From assembly GCA_025839675.1 (NCBI GenBank), contig CP104013.1, positions 2,190,001 to 2,222,000 on the forward strand: a stretch of DNA of 32,000 nt. Reading direction: 5' to 3'. The first letter of the stretch is position 1; every line of letters starts with the position of its first letter. This document shows, in pieces, positions 8,898-17,295 of this stretch. Origin of the DNA: Candidatus Lokiarchaeum ossiferum (GTDB lineage Archaea; Asgardarchaeota; Lokiarchaeia; Sigyniarchaeales; Promethearchaeaceae). The notes under the pieces were generated by a model. That model was not told the origin of the DNA and searched no databases. It saw only the letters and a list, made by a program, of their open reading frames with translations. Made by a program: the position numbers and the translations under genes.

Positions 8898-9045
8898 CAA
8901 TTCTCATTTAAAAATGTAGTGAACAAGCGTAAAAAGTCTTCCTCTCCAACTTTTATGAATTCATCTTTTCCTTAACATTGTTAAGAAAAAATAGGCCTCG
9001 TCTTTAAATTGGGTATTTTCTTTATATTATTAAAGAGGAAGGAAC

Positions 9046-10155
9046 TTGAGCGAACGAACTGGTACGAATAATAATAGATTTTGGAAAAAGCGTTTAAATA
9101 AACGCACTCGAAAAAAGGATCACGAAAAATTTCATGCTTCAATAGATAAAGACACATCCCTTACATTATATCGAAGAGAAGGAGGGCTTTATCTAATAAT
9201 CAAAAAAGAATTAGTAGAATATGATTTAACAATTAAACCTTCAGAAGCACCAGTCATTAACCAATATCTTAAAGTCCCGGACCCTTTTGAATCCATGTTG
9301 GCAGATATTAAGATATTTGAGAATGAAATCGAACCCTTAAATCTTGGAGTTCAGACCACCTTTGGAGAATCAAAAGATATTAACTTGATTTCAGTCAAAC
9401 TAGCTATAGGATCAGGAGAAGATGATTATGTCACCATAGACGAATCAGATCTATTTGCTATGGATGTGGAACCCACAATGACTGGGTTATTAGATTTCAT
9501 TCAAGCCAATGATAGCATAATCGGAATTTGTGATAGAATATTTGATCATGAAAAAGGAAATATTGTTCTTTTAGAAGCCAAATTAAGAGATCCGCACATT
9601 GGAATTTCATCCATAGAATTTAAAATTTTAAGCAGTCTCCATCAACGAGGGTTATATTTACAAAAAAATATGCGATATGCAGGATTACAACTTTATACGA
9701 TAATTAAAGCAGAAAGTCTAACTCCAGAATTACTCTCCTATTTGAAAGCTATAGATATAGACTGGGAAATAGTTTTCTTGCGCAGAGATTTAGCCATTGG
9801 TGATTGGTTGGAAGTAGAATGTGAAAAAAGTTCAATAAGTTTGAAAGGATATCTTGCTTCGAAATATGAATCCTTAGGTTTCTTTGATGTTAATAATATC
9901 ACCAGAATTGCTATCGTAAATCAACTCAGTTTTAAAATTGTGGTGAGAATGAGTGAACTCCTTAATCGCGTTAAATTTAACAAAGAAGAATTAACTGGAG
10001 GTTCTCCAGACCAAGATCCATTGAAAAAAGCAGAAATTATTGCAGCTGCAAATTTAGCTTGTGCCTATCATGGAATAAAAGTCGATATCAAAATTGATAA
10101 AGAAATTGATCCTCTCGAAATCCAACGATTTGAAGAAGAACTGATTCGACTTTAG
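9046..10155 (+). CDS. Hypothetical protein (369 aa)
   Basis: Long ORF divergent from spcS. The TTG start at 9046 is preceded by the purine-rich SD-like 'GAGGAAGG' (9035-9042). I recognise no motif. The start codon is uncertain, because a TATA-like 'TTTATATTA' sits at 9021-9029. Confidence 0.6.
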   Translation: MSERTGTNNNRFWKKRLNKRTRKKDHEKFHASIDKDTSLTLYRREGGLYLIIKKELVEYDLTIKPSEAPVINQYLKVPDPFESMLADIKIFENEIEPLNLGVQTTFGESKDINLISVKLAIGSGEDDYVTIDESDLFAMDVEPTMTGLLDFIQANDSIIGICDRIFDHEKGNIVLLEAKLRDPHIGISSIEFKILSSLHQRGLYLQKNMRYAGLQLYTIIKAESLTPELLSYLKAIDIDWEIVFLRRDLAIGDWLEVECEKSSISLKGYLASKYESLGFFDVNNITRIAIVNQLSFKIVVRMSELLNRVKFNKEELTGGSPDQDPLKKAEIIAAANLACAYHGIKVDIKIDKEIDPLEIQRFEEELIRL

Positions 10156-10163
10156 TTTTTTTT
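10156..10163 (+). terminator. Oligo-T tract after the 369-aa gene (candidate terminator)
   Basis: T8 run at 10156-10163 immediately after TAG 10153-10155. It overlaps the stop codon of the convergent recJ-like gene. Confidence 0.35.
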
Positions 10164-11673
10164 ACCCAATTTGTTCTTTCACAAATTCATTTACTTTCTC
10201 AATAAAATCTTTCAAATGGGCCGTTTTTATCTTTGCACCCGCTGCCGGAGGGTGCCCACCAGCAGGATTTTGAATTTTTAGTTGTTGACAGGCTTTACGC
10301 ATTACAATACCAAGATCTAAGCCTTTATCCAACAATTCTCGATTTGCTCTAGAAGACACTTTTAAAAAATGATTGTCAGAATCGGCAAACGCGATCAAAG
10401 GTTTATCATGTTGTAAATCTGAGTGAATTAGAATAGAACAAATAGTTCCTATAATTCGTTCATCTATAGTATTATCATAAACAGTTCGAATATATTCATA
10501 TTCACGAATTTGTTTCTTTGCAGATTGAATGGCCCGAGATAATTCTTTTTTATAGTCTTTTTTTTCACTCATGGCATCTGTTAGTGCCTCAGCATTCCCT
10601 AAAAGAGCCGCAATCCCAACACCTTGTTTCCCACGCCTCCCACATGCATTCAATAAACTTGACATTTCTCTAGCATCTGAAACAGAGATTTTTGGGTCAA
10701 AATCTGTTAAAATATAGAAAGTGGTCACTAATTTTTTGATATCATCGGTAGAAATACCTTTTTCTACTAAAGCATATTGAATCAATGCGTTTGTAAGTGT
10801 CTTTTTTTCCATCTCACTTAGATCTATCAAAGTTCGCGAATGGTTCAATTCGTCAGTCGCTTGAATATTTATCCGATTCAAAAATTGGACCACTCCATCA
10901 TAACTACCAGATAAACCTTCAATCTCTAAAGGGAGGGAATAAATTAACGATTGAATTAAAGGACGAGTCCTTGAAATGGCAATATTTTTCTCCAAAATTA
11001 TTTTTCTATCATTCATTGCTTCTTGCAAAATTTTCTGATTAATCCCTTTAAATTCACTTTTGTCGTTGTTATTTTGCATGTCACCAATAGCACCTACAAT
11101 AGCGAGGGCAGCCAAATCTTGATTTTTTTCATTCATTATTTTAGAAAAGAGATAACATATTCCAGCCCCAGAAATTTCATCCTCACCCCGAATATCGTAA
11201 AAATAAGGATTAATATGATTAATTTCAGGAGGATTATCAATTTTCTCTGGCTTGTGATGATCCAATATTAAAAAATCAGTTGTTTTTAATTTTTCTTTCA
11301 AAATCTCATATTGACCGGATCCAAAATCGGTTAAGACAATAAAACGATTATATTTTGATATCTCTTCAGCAATTGTTGCAATATACTGAGATTCTAATTG
11401 ATTTAAAATTGTAATTTGAAATCCAATATTCTCACGAGTGAACATTTTTGCCATAATTGCCGCAGCACTTAACCCATCAGCATCGAGATGACTATAAATG
11501 TGAATGTTTTTTTGGAAACGAGAAGAATCAAAATGTTGGAGACTAACCTTTTTTTGAAGATTAGGAGCGATTTCATCTTGATTTTTTGATGCTCCTTTCT
11601 CAATCTGAGCAAATAGAAAATCTTTAGCCTTTTGCATAGCATTTAGTAGTTCATTTAATGGTATCATACTCAC
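10162..11673 (-). CDS. RecJ/Cdc45-family DHH phosphoesterase (archaeal RecJ-like/GAN-type nuclease)
   Basis: 503-aa ORF. DHH motifs 'HLDADGLSAAAI' (I), 'VLTDFGSG' (II), 'ILDHHKPE' (III), 'GAIGDM' (IV) and the DHHA1 motif 'GGHPPAAGAKI'. The track start at 11673 is GTG; an ATG at 11667 is an alternative. Confidence 0.8.
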   Translation of the reverse strand: MSMIPLNELLNAMQKAKDFLFAQIEKGASKNQDEIAPNLQKKVSLQHFDSSRFQKNIHIYSHLDADGLSAAAIMAKMFTRENIGFQITILNQLESQYIATIAEEISKYNRFIVLTDFGSGQYEILKEKLKTTDFLILDHHKPEKIDNPPEINHINPYFYDIRGEDEISGAGICYLFSKIMNEKNQDLAALAIVGAIGDMQNNNDKSEFKGINQKILQEAMNDRKIILEKNIAISRTRPLIQSLIYSLPLEIEGLSGSYDGVVQFLNRINIQATDELNHSRTLIDLSEMEKKTLTNALIQYALVEKGISTDDIKKLVTTFYILTDFDPKISVSDAREMSSLLNACGRRGKQGVGIAALLGNAEALTDAMSEKKDYKKELSRAIQSAKKQIREYEYIRTVYDNTIDERIIGTICSILIHSDLQHDKPLIAFADSDNHFLKVSSRANRELLDKGLDLGIVMRKACQQLKIQNPAGGHPPAAGAKIKTAHLKDFIEKVNEFVKEQIG

Positions 11674-11759
11674 CTAAAGGAGACAATCTTACTTGTTTTC
11701 CTTTCTTTATTTGTCTTTATATCAAAGCTGTTTAACTAAATCAATTAAAAATATAGAGC

Positions 11760-11766
11760 AAAAAAA
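11760..11766 (-). terminator. Oligo-T tract after the 159/174-aa gene (candidate terminator)
   Basis: A7 on the plus strand, so T7 on the coding (minus) strand, 10-16 nt downstream of stop 11778-11776. Confidence 0.3.
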
Positions 11767-11775
11767 GAAATAAAC

Positions 11776-12255
11776 TTATTTTTGCTCTTCCCTATGATAT
11801 ATTACAATTTTTTCCCATTCTTCGGGATCAGAAAAAATGGAACTCACTCGATCAAAAATAAATTCAGCAATTTTATCTTTTCCATGAGTTTCAACACTTT
11901 TTTTCATTCTTAATCCACTTGATATCTCAATACCCCATACAACTTGATTCAAAATTAATAGATTAAGCTGTTTTCGAGAATTTTTTATGGCTCTAATTAA
12001 ATACCAAGGGGATTTTCCACTTTGATTAATAGTTATATCATTAGAATTGGGACCTTTTACAAAAATATTCTTGCCTGATAAAATCTGACATTTTTTAGGA
12101 TTCTCTTCTTTAAAGGTCTGAACTTTGCGAAGGAAATTTTTATCATGGTCTATAAGTCGTATATGTTTCCCACAGATTTGTTCACAGCTCAAAATTCGGA
12201 TTTCTTTCTTACGATGAAGTTCTTCTGACTCATAAATAACTTCCAAAAATGACAT
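11776..12255 (-). CDS. Hypothetical protein (159 aa from ATG 12255; 174 aa if GTG 12300 is used)
   Basis: ORF lying between coaBC and the recJ-like gene on the same strand. The ATG at 12255 is preceded by SD-like 'GGGGA' about 7 nt upstream. No recognised motif. Confidence 0.55.
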   Translation of the reverse strand: MSFLEVIYESEELHRKKEIRILSCEQICGKHIRLIDHDKNFLRKVQTFKEENPKKCQILSGKNIFVKGPNSNDITINQSGKSPWYLIRAIKNSRKQLNLLILNQVVWGIEISSGLRMKKSVETHGKDKIAEFIFDRVSSIFSDPEEWEKIVIYHREEQK

Positions 12256-12344
12256 TGAAATTCCCCTTATATCACAATTTGTTGTCAGATCATTTAACAC
12301 TTTGTGCTTCTTGAAAAATTAAAAAAAACCAATAACAAAAAAAA

Positions 12345-13616
12345 TCAAGCATTTAGAACAAGAAAATCAATTATTTTTTTGGAAATCGATCGCTTACTTG
12401 CAAGTTCTAGCTTAGTGGTGGCTTTTTGTGAATCAATAATAAACACTTCATTTGTGTCTGATCCAAATCCTTTTCCAGAAATGGAACTACCAGCATGATT
12501 TGCGACGATTAAATTAGCTTTAGATGTTGTTAGACGGTCATAAGCCTTTTCAATAATTTCTGAATCGGATAAATTTGATTCTGCTTTGAACGCAATAATG
12601 TAAAGATTTGGAGATTTTTCTCGGGCTAAAGAGATCAGTTTTGGTGTGGATATTAGATGCAGATCTAAAAATTGTTGATTGCTTGAGATCTTTTTATCTT
12701 GTCGCTTCTCTGGAGTAAAATCCGCTAATGCTGCGGTTGAGATTAAATAATCATATTTCTTGAGATCCAACTCTTTTAACATCGCATCTACAAAATTTTG
12801 AGTGGATTCTACATGGACGACTTTTGCACCAAGGGGGTCTTTGATGATACTCTTCCCTTTTAATAAAGTCACTTCACCACCTCGTGATAAAATTTCTTCG
12901 GATAATGCAATACCCATCTTTCCCGTTGAAGGATTTGAAAGAAAGCGAACATCATCAACCCACTCTATGCTAGGTCCTGCAGTGATCAAGAACTTTTTTT
13001 TGATTAAATCTTTGTTTGGAGAGAAAAAATTAATGACAAAATTAACAACTTCATCTACTGCAGCAATTTTAGCTTTGTTTTCTTCTAATCTAGGTCCAAG
13101 CACTTGTACACCTAAATTTTTTAGTTTTTGAATATTTTCTTGAACAATAGGATTTCGAAACATGGAATCGTGCATAGCTGGGACAATGGCCATTGGGGTT
13201 TTACTACCTAACGCAACCATTGAGATGGCGGTGACAGGATTATCACTTATCCCATGGGAGATCTTTCCAATAGAATTACCTGTTGCAGGACAAATCAGAA
13301 TCATGTCTGCGATACCTTTCGTATTTTCACGTTCTCCAGCAGTAGCGATGTGTTCAATTTTTCCAGTAATTTCAGTAATAACTGGATTACCCGTCGCCCA
13401 TTCTATTAAAGTTGGCTGAATTAGTTTAATTGCCTCTTCTGACATCACAGTAATAACTTCAGCACCATGTCGCATTAATTCCCGCGCTATTGAAGGAGCA
13501 TTTAAAATAGCCACACTTCCAGTTAAACACATACAAATGGTTTTACCTTGTAAATTTTCGCTTTTAATCCCAATTATATCTTTAGTAGGATGAATATGGC
13601 GAATCTGATTTTCCAT
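12345..13616 (-). CDS. coaBC: Bifunctional phosphopantothenoylcysteine decarboxylase / phosphopantothenate-cysteine ligase (CoaBC/Dfp)
   Basis: The N-terminal flavoprotein half has 'ICMCLTGSVAILNAPSIARELMRHGAEV' and 'PAMHDSMFRNPIVQENIQKLKNLGVQVLGP'. The C-terminal ligase half has 'ITAGPSIEWVDDVRFLSNPSTGKMGIALSEE' and 'AALADF'. The track ORF begins at TTG 13640; I place the start at the first ATG, 13616. Confidence 0.9.
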   Translation of the reverse strand: MENQIRHIHPTKDIIGIKSENLQGKTICMCLTGSVAILNAPSIARELMRHGAEVITVMSEEAIKLIQPTLIEWATGNPVITEITGKIEHIATAGERENTKGIADMILICPATGNSIGKISHGISDNPVTAISMVALGSKTPMAIVPAMHDSMFRNPIVQENIQKLKNLGVQVLGPRLEENKAKIAAVDEVVNFVINFFSPNKDLIKKKFLITAGPSIEWVDDVRFLSNPSTGKMGIALSEEILSRGGEVTLLKGKSIIKDPLGAKVVHVESTQNFVDAMLKELDLKKYDYLISTAALADFTPEKRQDKKISSNQQFLDLHLISTPKLISLAREKSPNLYIIAFKAESNLSDSEIIEKAYDRLTTSKANLIVANHAGSSISGKGFGSDTNEVFIIDSQKATTKLELASKRSISKKIIDFLVLNA

Positions 13617-13865
13617 GAGACTAGTTAAAGCACAATTCAAAAAAATATTTCTTATGCCTCAGTATATATCTTTGTGATTACAAGGAATGATAGAATTTTA
13701 GAATTTCCAAAAAGTTTAAATATGTCAAAAAAAGATAACAATCTTTAATACGGAGCGTTTTATTTATTGAACTTGAAAATTGAATTGGAGTTTTGATTCC
13801 TAAGCGAATATATTCATAATCCGACAAAAATAATTCCAACAGCCCACTAAGGCAATTGATCTACA

Positions 13866-16800
13866 ATGGCAAAGAAAGAAACTAAATCTCAAGAAAGCGG
13901 AACAATTAAGCAAGGTAGCGTAGCAGAATTTTTTAGAAAACGAACTCAATTAGTCGGATTTGATTTTGGTCTAAATAAGTTTACTCAGTATTGTATTGAG
14001 TTTGTAGATAACTCTCTCGACGCTTTGGAGAATTTCCATTGGAAAGAAAGTAAGAAACATCAAGATTATGCATTCAAATTGAAAGATGACTTGATTTTAG
14101 AGAATTTTAGCTATTTTATTCCCGTCTTTGAAGAAGATATTCAAGAAATGGAAAGTAAGCTTGAATCCGAAATGGTTGATGATGAGGGTAATAAATTATC
14201 AGAAGATGGAGAATTAATTATCGAGCTTGAAGATGAAGAGGAAAACGATGAATCCCTTGTAATTGATGAAGAAGAAAAACTTCAAACTGAGGAAACTGCC
14301 GATTCAGATGAAGATGATGAAGAAGCGAAAAATATTCGAAAGTTGCAAAAAAAAGCCGATGAACTTGAATCCGAAGTTCAAAACATCATGTATGGTATTG
14401 ATGGATTTCTATATCCTATCAAAGCGATGGTAGAAAGAGAACCATTTGTAATATTTCAATTAACTGAAAGAGAAGCACAAGACGTATATGCAGATGCAAG
14501 TTCAGATTCAAAAGAAGTTTTTGAATATACATTGGATGTATTTGATAATGGAACAGGAATGAGTCCTGGAGATTTGGAAAAATTTGGAAGATATCTTGCA
14601 TCTAGCAAAAGTCAAAAACTTAAACAAACCCGAGGATCCCAAGGGTTTGGATCTCCAAGTGCATTTAGTGATGCACAAAATACCACCGGACAACCTGTAA
14701 CAGTCGTTTCTAAAGATATAAATCACATCTATGCAACTTGTTCCCAATTTTACACAACTTCGAAAAATTCAAAGGAATATATTGTTCCACCTACAGAAGT
14801 AACTTCCATTTTTGAACATGGGACATTTATTTCGCTCAATTTTCTTAATGTTAAATATCGAAAAGGATATATTGATTCCTACATCCAACAAACCGCTCTT
14901 ACCAATCCACACATTACAATAATCTTTCTTGATCCAAATGGTGAAGAAGAAATTTATCCTCGGAGGGTTAAAAACTTCCCCCGAGAACCAACCTACGCTT
15001 TACCACACCCATCATCAGTAAATATTGGCGATTTCCAAGATCAATTACGATCTTCTGAGAATTTAACAGTTAGTGCTTTTTTACAAGATAATTATGTAAG
15101 AATGAGTTCAACCATAGCGAAAAAAATTGTGAAGGAATCTGAAGAAGAACTTGAGCAAATTCTTTCGCTTTTAAATCTCGAATCTGGATATCTTACTTGG
15201 AGAAAAAATCCAGGGCCAATTTATTTTGCGCATAATGAACAACGAATTCATGGTAGATCAAAAAAACCTCGAGATACTTTAGTTATATATGAAGTTAAAG
15301 ATGAAGAGGACTTAGCTCAATATTGGGGAATCCTTAAAGTTTACAACAAAAAATTGGATTCCATTAATAAAAAGAGTAACAAGATCCGTAAACTCCAAAA
15401 ATCAATTATGCGTGAAGTAGATAAAAAACAAATTAAAACTTATAAAAAGGAAATCAGCGGATTAGAAAAAGAAATTGCATCTATTGAAAAAGAAAATCAA
15501 AATCTTAAAAAAACTCTTAGTAAAGCTGTAAAAACATTTAAATTTCTTCCTCAAAATGAAGTGAAGGATTCTAAAATCACCGATAAACTGGAAGATGATG
15601 TAAAAGAGGTTATGACTTCAAAAGCCCACCCATATTCTTTAACCCAAAAACAGACCGAATCATTATATAAGGCATTCAAAGCCCAGAAATACATGGCACC
15701 TCCATCAGATCCTGCAGTTCCTATTGGCGGTAATATTCTGGAAACAACGATGCTTAAAGAATTTAATTTAAACCCCGCCCATCGGACGGATTTGTTCATA
15801 CAATATGAAGCCAAACTCGAAAAACTTACATCAAAAGAATCCGAAATATTTCCCCAAAAAATTTTATCACGATTTATAGTTCCGCCCTACTTGGATCCCG
15901 AATTTTCTTCAGAACAAATGTATAAGGCCAATGAGGAATTAAATCATAAATCATATGCCGATATGTTCCTAAAATATGACATGGTTCATACTCAAGATGA
16001 TGATTTTATAATGGGCTATACACGTTCTCCAACAAGCGGTAAGGGATTAGCTTTCGTAGTAGAAGCCGTTATAGCAATCAGCCCCAAAATACCAAGTTCT
16101 AAACAAGCTCAGCAAGTCCTTATGCGTTATGTGAATAGAACACCAAAGATGCGAGATAATTCAGATTGTGCAATTTGGAAAGGTGTTCAATCAGTTAATT
16201 GGAAAAATTATAAATTGGATACTTTTGACAACGGCATTCCGAAAGGAAATATTCGCATGTTAGTTAATGTTTCTGGACCTTATGTCCACCTTATGTTCAA
16301 ATCTCAATCAAAGAATGCTTTAGCAGAAGATGAAGTATTATTAAAAGAAATTAAATATTGTTTGGAAGCAATTGGTCGGAAGATTCGACAATATCAAAAT
16401 AAAAGAACCAATCGAGAAAATAGTCGTAAACGCTCCAAAGTTATTGAAAAATTTGTGCCTATCTTTGTAAGTTCATTACTTGAAGTTGCTACAACAATAG
16501 ACGCCTATAAAGATTTGAAGGCTGCCAAAATTGAACAACGTATCCTAGATCGACTTGAAGGAAAAATAAAAAAAACACCTGAAGAAATTGAAGAAGAAAA
16601 TTCAAGAAAAGAACAAGAAGATAAAGATCGTATTATTTTGGAAAAGATTCGAAAGCAACAACAGGCTAGAAAGAGAGAAGTGGATAAAGAAATATCTTCA
16701 CAAAAGAAAGATGAAAACTCCGATGATGAAGTTGAGGTAAGTGATGAGAGTGAAAGTCCAAGAAAGGAAGTTAAAATAACACTTTCTGAGAAAATTGCGA

Positions 16801-17282
16801 TGAAACCAAGATCCGCTGATGGCCCAAAACCTGTTCGCACTATCGATGATATCCTATCTAAAGCAAAAACACATTCAAAGTCAAAAGTTTCTTCCAAAAC
16901 AAAATCTTCCACAAGAAAATCAACCAAAAAAGTTCTTAAAGTAAAAGGAACAAAAGCGAAAAAACTTGAGAGTAAATCACCAACATCAGACAAAACAATT
17001 CCGAAAGAACCTATTAAAGTTAAAAAATCACCTCCTGCACCGTCCGCGAAAAAATTGGTCAAACCACAATCAAAAATAAATATTATTTCAGCTGATGGAA
17101 TTCTTAAAAAATTACCTGAAGATGAGTGGTTGAATATCAAAGATCTCATTAGAATATTGGAAATTAAAGATCTAAAAGATGCTCGCTTCTTGCAGCTCAA
17201 ACTTAAACAATTAACCCGTGAAAAACGGCTCCTTATTTCCATTAAAGGAGGTAAAACCTTTTGGAAGTTAAATAAAAAATAA
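13866..17282 (+). CDS. top6B: DNA topoisomerase VI subunit B, strongly expanded (1138 aa)
   Basis: GHKL/Bergerat motifs: N-box 'EFVDNSLDA' (aa 45-53), G1 box 'VFDNGTGM' (aa 225-232) and 'TRGSQGFGSPSAF'. Transducer-domain blocks: 'GLAFVVEAVIA', 'LMRYVNRTPKM' and 'VNVSGPYVHLMFKSQSKNALAEDE'. It sits directly upstream of top6A. Confidence 0.9.
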   Translation: MAKKETKSQESGTIKQGSVAEFFRKRTQLVGFDFGLNKFTQYCIEFVDNSLDALENFHWKESKKHQDYAFKLKDDLILENFSYFIPVFEEDIQEMESKLESEMVDDEGNKLSEDGELIIELEDEEENDESLVIDEEEKLQTEETADSDEDDEEAKNIRKLQKKADELESEVQNIMYGIDGFLYPIKAMVEREPFVIFQLTEREAQDVYADASSDSKEVFEYTLDVFDNGTGMSPGDLEKFGRYLASSKSQKLKQTRGSQGFGSPSAFSDAQNTTGQPVTVVSKDINHIYATCSQFYTTSKNSKEYIVPPTEVTSIFEHGTFISLNFLNVKYRKGYIDSYIQQTALTNPHITIIFLDPNGEEEIYPRRVKNFPREPTYALPHPSSVNIGDFQDQLRSSENLTVSAFLQDNYVRMSSTIAKKIVKESEEELEQILSLLNLESGYLTWRKNPGPIYFAHNEQRIHGRSKKPRDTLVIYEVKDEEDLAQYWGILKVYNKKLDSINKKSNKIRKLQKSIMREVDKKQIKTYKKEISGLEKEIASIEKENQNLKKTLSKAVKTFKFLPQNEVKDSKITDKLEDDVKEVMTSKAHPYSLTQKQTESLYKAFKAQKYMAPPSDPAVPIGGNILETTMLKEFNLNPAHRTDLFIQYEAKLEKLTSKESEIFPQKILSRFIVPPYLDPEFSSEQMYKANEELNHKSYADMFLKYDMVHTQDDDFIMGYTRSPTSGKGLAFVVEAVIAISPKIPSSKQAQQVLMRYVNRTPKMRDNSDCAIWKGVQSVNWKNYKLDTFDNGIPKGNIRMLVNVSGPYVHLMFKSQSKNALAEDEVLLKEIKYCLEAIGRKIRQYQNKRTNRENSRKRSKVIEKFVPIFVSSLLEVATTIDAYKDLKAAKIEQRILDRLEGKIKKTPEEIEEENSRKEQEDKDRIILEKIRKQQQARKREVDKEISSQKKDENSDDEVEVSDESESPRKEVKITLSEKIAMKPRSADGPKPVRTIDDILSKAKTHSKSKVSSKTKSSTRKSTKKVLKVKGTKAKKLESKSPTSDKTIPKEPIKVKKSPPAPSAKKLVKPQSKINIISADGILKKLPEDEWLNIKDLIRILEIKDLKDARFLQLKLKQLTREKRLLISIKGGKTFWKLNKK

Positions 17283-17295
17283 GGAAGAGAAAACC

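Noticed and set aside
16505-17242. 245-aa ORF on the minus strand, antisense to the top6B tail
   Set aside because: It lies entirely within the low-complexity Lys/Ser/Glu-rich region of top6B. Its translation (runs of S, F, L) is the mirror image of that bias, it has no motifs, and the sense-strand gene has clear homology support.
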